From a virus (Duplodnaviria > Caudoviricetes): DNA of 39,092 nucleotides. Made by a program: the position numbers and the translations under genes. Location: positions 1-39,092 of IMG/VR virus record IMGVR_UViG_3300032373_001168; one strand, given 5' to 3'. Shown one piece after another: positions 1-10,408 of the stretch (position 1 is the first letter of the stretch; every line of letters begins with the position of its first letter). The notes beneath the pieces are model-generated. The model had not been told where the DNA came from. It saw nothing but the letters and a program-made list of their open reading frames with translations, and did no database searches.

Positions 1-801
1 CTACGGAGGTGTAATGCAGTTGCCATTCATCCCTTGGGCACCAGAACCACCACTGCTATTCAGGCCAGAGCAAACGACTCCGATCATGTTAAACGAGACG
101 TCAAATGCCTGAGTAGTGCTGCCGTCAACAAACAATGAAAGACTGTTGACGCTGGTGAAGTCAACCCCAAAAAAATCCGAGAACAGAATGTCTGCGACAG
201 ATGGCATTACATTATTGTTTTGGAGAAGAACAGTGCTGCTGCTCAGTTCAATGGAAACGCCATCAACAATGACGCCAAAGAACCCACCCAAATCGATTGA
301 GTTAAGGCCAACGCGAAAGGCGTTCATGGTGCCAGCCACAGTCAAATCGAGTCCGCCAAGGTCGTAATCAACTTGAGACAATCCTAAAACACCTGAATCC
401 TGGGAGTGTGAAAATGCACCGATACTATTACCGCTATTGATTGATATGCTGGTGTTAGCTCCCGAGCTTTGTGCGTCAATTGTGCGAGGATCGCCATTGC
501 TTGAAACGCCCGCGTCAGCCGACCCTAAAGGCGCTGTGATCGGGCCAAATGAATCACCATTAAAGTCATCTATCCAAGACAGCCCAGCCATTGTGGCAGG
601 GGCGGGACATGCAGGGCAGGTGTACTCTTCTCCCGGCATCAGGCTAACCAATGCAGAGCCGTCGTTCGGGTCGACAATAGCAGGAGAGAGATCAGGTACT
701 ATCACCTCTTTCTTGGCCATCTGTAGCTTTAGCTTTAGCTTTGTATCCCGACCGGGGGCGACAGTGGATGTCTTGGTCTTATTAAAAAATCGCTTCTTCA
801 T
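1..801 (-). CDS. Putative tail-tip/receptor-binding protein with a C-terminal beta-rich extracellular-type domain
   Basis: 266 aa; ATGA overlap with the upstream tail gene; basic N-terminus, CPACPAP linker, Gly/Ser/Asp-rich C-terminal domain. Confidence 0.6.
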   Translation of the reverse strand: MKKRFFNKTKTSTVAPGRDTKLKLKLQMAKKEVIVPDLSPAIVDPNDGSALVSLMPGEEYTCPACPAPATMAGLSWIDDFNGDSFGPITAPLGSADAGVSSNGDPRTIDAQSSGANTSISINSGNSIGAFSHSQDSGVLGLSQVDYDLGGLDLTVAGTMNAFRVGLNSIDLGGFFGVIVDGVSIELSSSTVLLQNNNVMPSVADILFSDFFGVDFTSVNSLSLFVDGSTTQAFDVSFNMIGVVCSGLNSSGGSGAQGMNGNCITPP

Positions 802-2405
802 ACGTCGACCTCGATTTCCATTAGCTCATAGCCAGTTGCTTCTACCACCAGCACATGAGTACCTCTAGCAGTCTCAAACTGTACCTGGCCCTGGTGGTCG
901 GTGATTCTAGCCTCTGTACCATCGAGCGTAGCCGTGGCATTCACCAGCGCATTGCCGTTGTCGCCAACGATAGTGAAGGTAGCCACACCGTTGTTATAAA
1001 CCACGTTTGAACCGCCTTTAAACTCCTTTTCAAAGGCAGTTGAAAGGCGTGTCATTACGATTTTAGGAGCCACCCCAGCGGCTGCTTCAGCGGCTATCTG
1101 TACACTTGATGTTGAGACCGCCAGCTCCGAGTTCATCACCAGCACTTGGCCTGCGATTGGTGAGCGTGGGTGATTGATGCTGACGTAAACACCTGGTGGT
1201 GCCTGGTCACGCGCATCACTGCTCCAACTCAACTTCCAGATAGGCCTGGCCTGGTAGGTCAGCAGACGTTCACCCAACTCAGCGGCCAAACGGGCCGATC
1301 TCAGCCAGTGTGCGGTCACTTCGCTTTCAATACGGCCATACGCCTCAATGGCCTGCGGGGCTTCAAATTGCACAGCCCTGCGCGGCTGGCCGTCGACATA
1401 GTCATACAACACCCGCAGCACTGTAACTATTTCTGACCGGCTGCTTTCTGCCTTCAGGCTCTGGGCATTGAGCTGGTCGAATGTTTTCCAGTCAAGCTCT
1501 CCTGGATTGGCAATTGGATACAGCCTGGCAATGCCTGGCATACCCCCCGACCACACCGCACCGATCGATTGGCATATATCATCAATTTGGGCGCGAATGG
1601 TACGACTCGAGTCATCAATCACACCACCAACTTCAATCCCCTTGATTGCGGTCTCAACACGAAATTGATCCAGGTCGGCCAGCGTTGTTGGAACAGTGCA
1701 AACATTAGCCAGTAAGTCCCACAACACAAAAGCCGGGTTAGTCAGCAGCGCGCCGGTTGTCGGGTGCATCTTGCCCCGTAGCCTGACAGCCAGCTGCTCA
1801 CCTTCAGCCAGCGGATCAGCCAGCTCCAAAACAGCAATCGGGTGCCCTGTGTCATCGATGTCATTATAAAAGGCCCATGCCTCTATTAGCTGACCGTCAC
1901 GTTTCACCTCATCAACACCCTGACAAGCATGGTCTGCGCAGACAAATAACAGGCCATCATTGTCATATGCCACCGGCGTAACCACGGGACGGCCATAGGC
2001 CAACGGAATGGTTGCCTTATCCTTGTAACTGCCCCAGACAGTTGTTTCCCGTAGCGGCAAACGATCAGAGAGCGGCAGTGTTCCACCCGCTTCCAGCGAC
2101 AGGCTGATTTCCTTACCAATTTCACAGTCAGTAATAGTGCCAACAAACAGGTCGCCATCAGCAGTGATTAAACGAGCTGGCTGGCGCAGAGGGGGAACTT
2201 TAAAATACTCAGTCAAGCGGCCGTCGCCGTTATCGAGTGTGACAGTGACATTGGCATTTTCTGCCGAGCCACCAACAGATAGAGGTCTGCGTAGGGCACC
2301 AATATTAGCCAAACGACGGAACTGCAAATCAGAGGTTAACAACGCACCAGGTGCGCTATAAAACTCCATCGCTGGATCGGTATCCAGACGCAACCATGTG
2401 ATCAT
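798..2405 (-). CDS. Tail hub/central tail-tip protein with a C-terminal Ig-like domain
   Basis: 535 aa, second gene after the tape measure gene; IPLAYGRP, VRLRGK and TNPAFVLWDLL motifs typical of tail-tip proteins. Confidence 0.7.
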   Translation of the reverse strand: MITWLRLDTDPAMEFYSAPGALLTSDLQFRRLANIGALRRPLSVGGSAENANVTVTLDNGDGRLTEYFKVPPLRQPARLITADGDLFVGTITDCEIGKEISLSLEAGGTLPLSDRLPLRETTVWGSYKDKATIPLAYGRPVVTPVAYDNDGLLFVCADHACQGVDEVKRDGQLIEAWAFYNDIDDTGHPIAVLELADPLAEGEQLAVRLRGKMHPTTGALLTNPAFVLWDLLANVCTVPTTLADLDQFRVETAIKGIEVGGVIDDSSRTIRAQIDDICQSIGAVWSGGMPGIARLYPIANPGELDWKTFDQLNAQSLKAESSRSEIVTVLRVLYDYVDGQPRRAVQFEAPQAIEAYGRIESEVTAHWLRSARLAAELGERLLTYQARPIWKLSWSSDARDQAPPGVYVSINHPRSPIAGQVLVMNSELAVSTSSVQIAAEAAAGVAPKIVMTRLSTAFEKEFKGGSNVVYNNGVATFTIVGDNGNALVNATATLDGTEARITDHQGQVQFETARGTHVLVVEATGYELMEIEVDV

Positions 2406-5400
2406 GACAATACCGCAGCGAGAGGCAATCTCAGAGACAATAAACGGTTGTTGATGTCGTCAGGTTGAAACTGATAATCATCATCGATATCGACATCGTC
2501 AACCTCGATGTTTACCAATGCCGCCTCCTGAGGATGATCCTGATGAGGCAACACCACGATAGGCTCATCGTTGACCTTAACGTGGTCAAGCATCAATAAC
2601 AGCTTGTCGAGATCGGTTTGGCTTAAAAAGGTATTCCAGGCAATCTCGCCACCTCGACCCTTACCAGCAAATAGCCCGCTTGGGTTCAGACCAGCACCAC
2701 GACTGATGGCATAGTTACGACGTAGCGACACCTTGCCTGCGCTGTACTCGGTCGACAGTGCTTGACCTGCCCACCACCAACCGATTGAACCACCGCTGGC
2801 ATTAGCAACAGTGATGCGCAACCAGGTTACATTCCAATCAGTAGACAGCAGCTCCGCAATCACACCCTCACGCCAGATCAAGGCGATCGACTCTGGCCAG
2901 CTAGCACCATCAGGCCCGCCCTCAATCGTAATCGTCGCACCTTCAGGAAGAGAATGCCGAGCCAGCATAAAAGCATCAATGTCTTGCGCGCTGCCCAGGT
3001 TTGCGGTCAGCGCAGCACCAATGCCATCCCATTGCCAGGCATCATCTTGTGGCGCTTGCACATGGCTAGGTGCATAAGGTTGACGCGCTAAAAATGAATG
3101 ACTATCACCACTGACATAACTCGGTGCCGCACCGGCCTGAAAATCAGCCGACACACCATTAGATAACACGACAGGGGCATCAGGAATATCCGCAGCAGCA
3201 GACCAGGCTGCTCCATCTTTACGCCAACGATATTGACCACCCTCAACCGCGAACTGAAACTGATCACCGAGGCTGAACGGTATTCCACCTCGATAGATTG
3301 TAAAACCAACCCCACCAGCGCTGTAAGCCACCTCAGCAGCATCGACCACAGCATAGTCCGCCAGGTTGCCGCTGACATTGCCAGTTACCGACCAGGTATG
3401 TGTGTCATCACCATCAACCCCACCCGCAAGATAGAGCGTCGACGCATTGATCACCGGCACCCGAAAACTATCGCCCAGCTGGTAGCTCTTACCACCACCA
3501 GTTACCTCGGCAATAGTAATAGTGATGCTATCGCCTTCCTTCAAATGTTCAGGACACGCGCACTTGATCGCCAACGCAAACTCGCGCGTACTCACAATAT
3601 CACCGTCCAAATTACGTTTAGCGCTGTGCCAGGCCCGGTTGGTGAATGCAGGCAAATAGCCCGGTGCCATCCACGCAAAACCGTCACCTGGGTCGCTCCA
3701 GCAGGCAGCACCGCCCACGCTAGAGCCTTCAGCTTTTCCCGGCACAATCCCCAGGCCGATGCCTAACGCATCCATCTTGGCCGAATAGCGGGTGATGAAC
3801 TCACCAACATCGGTTGCCGATGGGTTGAGATCTTGTACCGTTTCCTGAGAAACACCCATCTGTCGCCAGTAGCCTAAATCCAGCCAGTTTATCTCACTGA
3901 ATGCCTGCTTAACCGTGCTGCCATCAACCGGCCAGGTTGGCTCAACACCACCATCTTTACCAGAGTTTAGAGCGATGTAGGCATGGCCATTGGCATTGGC
4001 TTCTGTTGGCTGCACTACCGTGCCGATATCAATATCCAATCCACGCAGCCCCATGTCAACCCAAGTTACGCCTCCATCCACCACTGATCCACCATTAGTG
4101 GGCCAGGTGGGTTCGGTCGCGCTAGCAGTGCCAGTAAAGCATCTGTAATAGTGACCATTATCATTTAATGCTGTTGGCTTGCGATAAGAACCACCACTGC
4201 TGGAAAAAACTTCCGATGCAGACCACTCTTGATTAACAAAGCCTTCATCAAACGCAGGCAAGCCAGAGTCACTACGCAGCCCAGCGTCACGCCAAGTCAA
4301 CGCACCATCAACCACAGGGCTGCCATCAACAGGCCAAACTGGCTCGGTCGCACCACTATTGCCACCATCACCATCAACCAGAATATAAACATGGCCGTTG
4401 TCATTGGCCTCTGAAGGAATAATCCAGCCCTGAGAATATGCATTACTGGCCTGCCAGCCTTCTACCCACTGTGTCTCGCTGCCGGTAAAATCAGCAAGCT
4501 CGTTTTGCATTGAAGTAAACGCCGCATCCCATGCTGCACGAGCGGTTGCATCGCCAAAAAATAAATACAACGCCTCTGCAAATACCTTGGTGACTGATTC
4601 AATCAATTGTCGGTCGAGCGTGGTGCCGCCAACACTGTCATTCCCTATGAAGGTATTCTCCTGCATAAAAATTGATCGCCAGTCATACAAGGTCTGCAGA
4701 CGTGACTTGTATTCTGGATCAAGTGTCGCCATAACTGCCTCCTCATCTAGGCCCAAGCACGCGGCCGAAATCCGCCCCGACACAGCTGCCTTAGAACAAG
4801 AGCAGTCATCATCATTGGGGCGTTGTTTGTATGTAAAAGTAATGCTCTTACCAGCGGCGTTTGCCCCTAGCGTAAAGTTGCTAACGCAAATCGGTGGACT
4901 GACCTCAGCATCATCCCGTGTTTCATATGAGGTATCCCACGAAACATTGGCGCTGGGTTTTACCTCGGGTGATTTACTTGGCACACGAAAGTTCAAGTTA
5001 GTGCTTTCATAATCAACACCGCTAATGGCCTCCAACAACTTGCCAGAAACTTTGCCCTCAACATTCCAACGCTCGGAACCAATCGTTGCGTTATCCGTGC
5101 AAGTGATCACCACAGCCTCGGTGGGCGCACTGGCATTCACCACCAGGTTATTAAGCCCGGTAACATACTTGCTGCCAGTGGTGATTACAGGCAAAGCGTA
5201 AGAAACTGTTTTTAACGGAAGGTCGATCACAGCCTGGCCAGCGGGCTGTCTATCATTCGAGATCACACCAACCACATCCACCAAAGTGCTGCTGTTGCGT
5301 ATAGCCACCAGCAGGTCATAAACGGTAACAATGGTGTTGTGTGTTTCAGGTGTAACGCCATCAGTAATCGTCACCGAGCGACTGCCGGTCACTGTTTTAA

Positions 5401-6076
5401 TCCGCGCACCTTCAGATACATCACGAACCAATGCCGGTGTCACGTAGTAGCGCCATTGGCCTTCTTCACGTTTTTTGTATTGACGATAAATCTGCGGATC
5501 ATCACCAAATACAATCCGAGGCGAAGCAGGGTCTAATGCGCCATCGGCCTGCAGCGGCTTGGCTCCAAAATCCCATTGATCACCGAGACGGTATGCTTGG
5601 CTGGCTGACCAGTCATCTAATAAGGCATTGTCAGTGTCGGCATAGACAAGACCCGATTCATCAACGGTAATATTAATACTATTGCCAGCGCTGCCAGCTG
5701 TCTTAGCCTGTAGAGAAACATCACCCAGCCCAGCCTGGGCTGCGGTGGTATCGCTACCAAGGTCAGCCAAGCTAATAGTGAACACCTCAGCCGACGTGCC
5801 TGGGTCAACCGACAAACCCTGCAACTGGCCATTGCCAACACCCGAAAATACTGGCGAACTAACCCGTGGTGTCGCGCTGGTGTCGCTAGTGATCTCAATA
5901 TCAAAACTGGCATCTTCAGCGCCGCTGTAACTGCCGGTGAGCTTTACTGTTCCATTGCCATCACGGGTAATCGCACTGCGAAAGATCGCAGCAGCAGGCT
6001 TAACAGCCGAGGCGGCCAGAATGGCATCTCGCAGAAGATTATTATTATTGGCAAAGAAACGTTGTACACCTACCAT
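2402..6076 (-). CDS. Large minor tail protein with three internal carbohydrate-binding-like repeats
   Basis: 1224 aa directly after the tape measure gene; three NGHxY...EPxWPxxGxxV...WxDxG repeats. Confidence 0.75.
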   Translation of the reverse strand: MVGVQRFFANNNNLLRDAILAASAVKPAAAIFRSAITRDGNGTVKLTGSYSGAEDASFDIEITSDTSATPRVSSPVFSGVGNGQLQGLSVDPGTSAEVFTISLADLGSDTTAAQAGLGDVSLQAKTAGSAGNSINITVDESGLVYADTDNALLDDWSASQAYRLGDQWDFGAKPLQADGALDPASPRIVFGDDPQIYRQYKKREEGQWRYYVTPALVRDVSEGARIKTVTGSRSVTITDGVTPETHNTIVTVYDLLVAIRNSSTLVDVVGVISNDRQPAGQAVIDLPLKTVSYALPVITTGSKYVTGLNNLVVNASAPTEAVVITCTDNATIGSERWNVEGKVSGKLLEAISGVDYESTNLNFRVPSKSPEVKPSANVSWDTSYETRDDAEVSPPICVSNFTLGANAAGKSITFTYKQRPNDDDCSCSKAAVSGRISAACLGLDEEAVMATLDPEYKSRLQTLYDWRSIFMQENTFIGNDSVGGTTLDRQLIESVTKVFAEALYLFFGDATARAAWDAAFTSMQNELADFTGSETQWVEGWQASNAYSQGWIIPSEANDNGHVYILVDGDGGNSGATEPVWPVDGSPVVDGALTWRDAGLRSDSGLPAFDEGFVNQEWSASEVFSSSGGSYRKPTALNDNGHYYRCFTGTASATEPTWPTNGGSVVDGGVTWVDMGLRGLDIDIGTVVQPTEANANGHAYIALNSGKDGGVEPTWPVDGSTVKQAFSEINWLDLGYWRQMGVSQETVQDLNPSATDVGEFITRYSAKMDALGIGLGIVPGKAEGSSVGGAACWSDPGDGFAWMAPGYLPAFTNRAWHSAKRNLDGDIVSTREFALAIKCACPEHLKEGDSITITIAEVTGGGKSYQLGDSFRVPVINASTLYLAGGVDGDDTHTWSVTGNVSGNLADYAVVDAAEVAYSAGGVGFTIYRGGIPFSLGDQFQFAVEGGQYRWRKDGAAWSAAADIPDAPVVLSNGVSADFQAGAAPSYVSGDSHSFLARQPYAPSHVQAPQDDAWQWDGIGAALTANLGSAQDIDAFMLARHSLPEGATITIEGGPDGASWPESIALIWREGVIAELLSTDWNVTWLRITVANASGGSIGWWWAGQALSTEYSAGKVSLRRNYAISRGAGLNPSGLFAGKGRGGEIAWNTFLSQTDLDKLLLMLDHVKVNDEPIVVLPHQDHPQEAALVNIEVDDVDIDDDYQFQPDDINNRLLSLRLPLAAVLS

Positions 6077-9036
6077 TAAGAACTCCTGCCTAATATCTTG
6101 CGTAACTGAGGCTCAATCAGTCTGGCCACGGCCTCTGGCTCAGTGACTCCATTCACTTCTATCGTGGCGTTCAGGTTGGGCACACTCTGATCTTGTTGAG
6201 GTGGTCGATCACGTTCTGCCTGGCGCTCCTGAATTCGCTGCGCCTCAGCTCGATTAACCTGTTGCAACAGTTGCAACGCTTTTTGCAGATCAGCGGCCGC
6301 ATCAGTCGCACCAATGTCCTGTGCTTGCTCAAGCTGTTTTTCTAAATCTTTACGCTGACGTTCATACTCGCGCTGCTGGATGTCCTGCTCATTACCTTGC
6401 AAGCGATCAAGCCTGTCTTGCAGTCCTTCCAATGTCCGCTGGCTAGACTCATCCAGGCGCTCGATTTTCCGCAACGCATCATCAAGGGCACCACGCAATT
6501 CTGCCAGTCGTTCACGCCCCAGCAAACCGAAAGAACGGGCAGCAGTATTACCAGCACTTTCCAATCGATTTGCCGACAACGTGCCTTCATCAATCTGTCG
6601 CATCAACGCATTGAATTTTGTTTCTTGATCTTGATAAGTGCGTGTCAGACCACTAAGGCCATCATTCAGATTGTCAAAAAAACCAAAGGTGGTGTGGTTT
6701 AGCTGCGCATTGCGATCAAGGATCGTGTCATAGGCTTCACCGATCTCATCCGACATCTCATAGAATGAATCACGCAGATCAGTCCAGAAAGAAGACCATG
6801 ACGCAGCTGCAACTGCAGCTTCATCAGCCGCCTGCGTAGAGGCTTCAGTGAGTCCGGCAAACTCTTCCTTTGTTTCTTTTGCCGCACCCTTGACCTCTCT
6901 TAATTTCGCCTCAACAGCAGCAAACAGCGGCAGTGCTTCGGCGGCAGAAATCTTGCCTGCCTCAAAAGCGGTCTGAAGATTAATTTTCAGCGCTTGCAGC
7001 TCTTTATTGTTGCCCAGCTTGCCAAGCGCGGCATTAAAAGCAGCAGTGATATGAGTGCCGGATGCTTGTGCATTACTGGCAATGGCCTGAAAGGTATCAA
7101 TGATGTCTTGACCAGCCGAAGTGATGCCAGTCTCAACTTCATGTACATCAGCGCCAATTCGTTTTAACGCAGCTGACAGTGAACCATCCAGCAGCGTAGC
7201 TAATTCACCTGCCTTATCAGCAGCTCCACCAAAGGCCGCAATGGCATTGGTTTGGAAAATTTGCAGGTCAGCACCCGATAGTTTTGCCAGCGCCACAGCC
7301 AATTCATCGCGAACAACACTGGCCGCCAACTTGCCTTCATCAATCAGGTGTTGCAGCGCCTCACCATAGGCACGGATTCCTTCGACAGAGCTGGCATCAA
7401 TATCCTTAAATACTTTCGACAGCGAATCACCAGCATCACCGCCTTTTTTAGTCAGACCATCAAGCTTGTCAACCAAGGCTTGGGTTGTTTCAGATAGCTT
7501 GTCTGCATCATCAGTTGTTTCTTTTAACTGTTCACCTTGTTTCTTGAGAGAACCAGTCGCGGCTTGTGCCGCCGGGATCAGGCCCTCTTCATAACGCTCG
7601 ACCACCTGAGCCGCCATCTCATCGGCCAGCTCAAAATTATTTATTACTTCATCAAAGGCAGCCATCGCCTCTCGGTTGCCTGAAGTCAGGAATGTCCACA
7701 TGTCATCGGTAGAGCTTGCAAAGGCAGCAAACTTGATAGCCAAAATCTCAACGCCACCCAATAATGGTTTAACAAAGTCATTGACTACTAAAGTGCCAAA
7801 TTCTGCCAACTTGATAAGTGCAGGAAATAACGCCACACCAAAAGCAACATGCAGATCATTAATTGATTTATTTAGAGCAGCGGCCTTGCCTTCAAAACCT
7901 TCTAATGCCTTGGCCGCATTGCCAGCCTGGGCTTCTGTTTCATGTAGTATGCCATTGACTTCAGCCTGTATCTTTTCGGCCTGGCTTAGCTGTGTAACCG
8001 ATTTGCCAATTTCTTTGGCATACTCTGCCCACAACTTGGAGACGTTTTTGGTAACACCCGCATTGTCCACCAGCACCGAGTTTTCATTCTTCAAACCCTC
8101 GGTGGCTGTTAACACCGCTTCGGACAATGATAGGTGTGCCACGCGGTTAAATGCCGCCGCATCTTTCAAGCGGTTAATGGTTTGAATTGCTTGATCCAGG
8201 TTGTAACCACGTGCCAGTAAGTTTTGCAGTGATTTCGACGCATCAGTCACTAACAATAAACCGTCTGCAGAGAGCTTAGCGGCCTCCTGAAAGGCCACGC
8301 CAATGCCAATCCCTGCATGTTCGGCCACAGCCTCAAGACCACGAAACGAAGCTTCTGCCTTGCGTACTGATTCAACAGAATTACTAACAAATTTGGCTAA
8401 TGCACCGGCAGTCACCAGCCTAGCGAGTTCATTCCTAAGATCAGCTGTTAAGTTGTTTGATTCCTTTAACCCTTTATTGAGTTTAGCTGTAGGGTCTGCA
8501 AGCTTTTTCTTGGACTCATTACGGGTCTGAACCAGCTTTGTTTTTAGATCTGTTAAATTCTTCTCAGAAGCCTTTAATTCCTTGCGCAAGGTCGCCTGGT
8601 GTGCTGCCAGGTTCTTGGTTGAAATGCCCACACTAGCCATCTCTTTGCGGACATTTTGGAGCTTTAATTTTTGATCTTGATATTGAGCTGCCAGCTTTTT
8701 GGTTTCAACGCGTGAACGATTAAAGGTAGCCTCTAATCCCTTACTAGGTTTCTCAGCGGCCGACATCTCTTTAGCCAGTTCAGATGTTGTCTTGCGCGCC
8801 TCATCTAAACTTTTATCTGTTTTTGAAACTTCGGATTGCAGATCCCTAAAATTGTCGACCAGACGTTGTTCTTTTTCCAATTGCGACAACGCCCCCCCTA
8901 AAGCCTGCGCGGTTTGCGCGGCTTCAGAGGAAGATTTACCAACATCATCAACGCCATCAGAGAGCAGGCCGAGGTCTTTTAACCCCTCGACCAGCGCCCT
9001 GATACGTAGAACAACCTCTAGATCGTTACTAGCCAT
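6076..9036 (-). CDS. Tape measure protein
   Basis: 986 aa, Ala/Leu/Lys/Glu-rich helical protein; ATEGLKNENSVLVDNAGVTKN motif; follows the tail tube gene. Confidence 0.92.
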   Translation of the reverse strand: MASNDLEVVLRIRALVEGLKDLGLLSDGVDDVGKSSSEAAQTAQALGGALSQLEKEQRLVDNFRDLQSEVSKTDKSLDEARKTTSELAKEMSAAEKPSKGLEATFNRSRVETKKLAAQYQDQKLKLQNVRKEMASVGISTKNLAAHQATLRKELKASEKNLTDLKTKLVQTRNESKKKLADPTAKLNKGLKESNNLTADLRNELARLVTAGALAKFVSNSVESVRKAEASFRGLEAVAEHAGIGIGVAFQEAAKLSADGLLLVTDASKSLQNLLARGYNLDQAIQTINRLKDAAAFNRVAHLSLSEAVLTATEGLKNENSVLVDNAGVTKNVSKLWAEYAKEIGKSVTQLSQAEKIQAEVNGILHETEAQAGNAAKALEGFEGKAAALNKSINDLHVAFGVALFPALIKLAEFGTLVVNDFVKPLLGGVEILAIKFAAFASSTDDMWTFLTSGNREAMAAFDEVINNFELADEMAAQVVERYEEGLIPAAQAATGSLKKQGEQLKETTDDADKLSETTQALVDKLDGLTKKGGDAGDSLSKVFKDIDASSVEGIRAYGEALQHLIDEGKLAASVVRDELAVALAKLSGADLQIFQTNAIAAFGGAADKAGELATLLDGSLSAALKRIGADVHEVETGITSAGQDIIDTFQAIASNAQASGTHITAAFNAALGKLGNNKELQALKINLQTAFEAGKISAAEALPLFAAVEAKLREVKGAAKETKEEFAGLTEASTQAADEAAVAAASWSSFWTDLRDSFYEMSDEIGEAYDTILDRNAQLNHTTFGFFDNLNDGLSGLTRTYQDQETKFNALMRQIDEGTLSANRLESAGNTAARSFGLLGRERLAELRGALDDALRKIERLDESSQRTLEGLQDRLDRLQGNEQDIQQREYERQRKDLEKQLEQAQDIGATDAAADLQKALQLLQQVNRAEAQRIQERQAERDRPPQQDQSVPNLNATIEVNGVTEPEAVARLIEPQLRKILGRSS

Positions 9037-9045
9037 CGTTAGTGA

Positions 9046-9783
9046 TTACGCAGCCATTTCAACTTTGAAGTACTGACTAATGCCAGCGCCAGTTTTGGTG
9101 GTGTCTTTCAATACCGACATCGACAAATCAATGGCAGCAAAATCGTCACCGATAAAACCCAGGCCTTGTGTAGGTGAGAACTTCACCCGAAACAAATCAA
9201 TCACCACTGCCTTACCGCTTTGAGCCTCATTCAGGCCAACTAGGGTCATAGTAAATTCCTGACCACTGTCGATAACTGCCTGCACCACGCTGCCAGCCGC
9301 TTTGGTGTAGTCGATCAGCAGTGCTTCGCCATCAGTGATAGAGCCAGTTGACAATGGCTCGATACCCGCCGCATTGACGGTATAGTCAGAGTCCAAGGTG
9401 TAGGTGGTGGTGCCCGTATTGTCTGTAACAACAATGGTGCCGATGTCAGGCAGATTATCGAGACGCACCAAGCCGTCATGGTAACCAGTCTGTGGCTCAT
9501 CCGTGACAGAACCCGCCACTACCGCAGTCGCGGCACCAAATACCGCCAATGCCATGTTTTCAGGGCTAAGATCGTGCATGGCCAACGAGCCATCAATCGC
9601 AGAAACACGACTAATGGAGTTCGCTACACCACCGCCTGGATTTTGATAATCGGGCAGCTCTTTTTTGTCTTCGCTGATCGACATTTCCAGCTTACTGGTG
9701 TTGCCTACATTACGCGCCTTGGCACTGCCATCAGACGGGCCTAGAAAGATCTTGCCTTTACCTATATAACTTTGCTCTGCCAT
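9046..9783 (-). CDS. Major tail tube protein (non-contractile tail)
   Basis: 245 aa; SYIGKGKIFL...VGN N-terminus and IDLFRVKFSP...FIGDDF C-terminus; no sheath gene; GAGGA RBS. Confidence 0.88.
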   Translation of the reverse strand: MAEQSYIGKGKIFLGPSDGSAKARNVGNTSKLEMSISEDKKELPDYQNPGGGVANSISRVSAIDGSLAMHDLSPENMALAVFGAATAVVAGSVTDEPQTGYHDGLVRLDNLPDIGTIVVTDNTGTTTYTLDSDYTVNAAGIEPLSTGSITDGEALLIDYTKAAGSVVQAVIDSGQEFTMTLVGLNEAQSGKAVVIDLFRVKFSPTQGLGFIGDDFAAIDLSMSVLKDTTKTGAGISQYFKVEMAA

Positions 9784-9796
9784 GATTTAAATCCTC

Positions 9797-9952
9797 TTAA
9801 ATGATTTCTGCTTTGCGTAGGCGCTCGGCCTGGTCTTCACGCACCTCGATCTTGTCGTCGACCGTGTACTCGACGCGCTGATGGGTGTGTGGTTTTTTCA
9901 GTGTTACCGACACTTTTTTTGCTGGTTCTTTATCTTTCTTCGTAGCAGGCAT
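9797..9952 (-). CDS. Small virion-associated protein (51 aa, absent from the ORF track)
   Basis: Manual translation MPATKKDKEPAKKVSVTLKKPHTHQRVEYTVDDKIEVREDQAERLRKAEII; AGGAG RBS; fills the gap between flanking genes. Confidence 0.8.
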   Translation of the reverse strand: MPATKKDKEPAKKVSVTLKKPHTHQRVEYTVDDKIEVREDQAERLRKAEII

Positions 9953-9955
9953 TGC

Positions 9956-10408
9956 TTAATCTCCTATAGGTTTGATAACAACTTCGGTGGTAAACGACAG
10001 CGGCACTTCCAGTGCGCCGACCAGGTATTCAGGCGGTGGTGGCTTGGCCAATTTCAGCGCCCTGTGATCGTTACTTGGCTTCCAACCCAGCAAGGCCTGC
10101 AAGGTTTGTAAAACCAGAGGCCCGGCATCCTCACGGGCAGCAGTGCCAGTCGCTACCTTGCGCAGGTTTTTTACCCGAGGCACCACATACCAGGTCTGCT
10201 CGATGCGGGTAGTGCCATCACCACGATCGTCAACCGGACGCAGACCAGCAAACACCACGTCACATGACGGCATGGGTGGTGTGCGTTTTTTACCGGCAAA
10301 GTTCTCTAGCTCTGGCGCACCAAAGACCTTTTCCTTATAACCAGGAACATGGTCAGAAATGCGCTTAATCAGCAGTGGCTCAAGGCTCATGAAATCATCC
10401 ATCATCAA
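9956..10408 (-). CDS. Tail terminator protein (Mu gp37-like)
   Basis: 150 aa; QTWYVV and LQALLGWKP motifs; located before the tail tube gene. Confidence 0.8.
   Translation of the reverse strand: MMMDDFMSLEPLLIKRISDHVPGYKEKVFGAPELENFAGKKRTPPMPSCDVVFAGLRPVDDRGDGTTRIEQTWYVVPRVKNLRKVATGTAAREDAGPLVLQTLQALLGWKPSNDHRALKLAKPPPPEYLVGALEVPLSFTTEVVIKPIGD

Noticed and set aside
585-625. TGTGG at 592 as the left prophage end, making ORF 1-801 an insertion-created fusion
   Set aside because: Only 5 bp match the inverted right end, no end repeats follow, and the flanking bases do not match those after 38669
1-2405. Mu-type invertible tail-fibre segment (gin) or mom gene
   Set aside because: No invertase, mom/com gene or flanking inverted repeats in the window; they could lie beyond position 1
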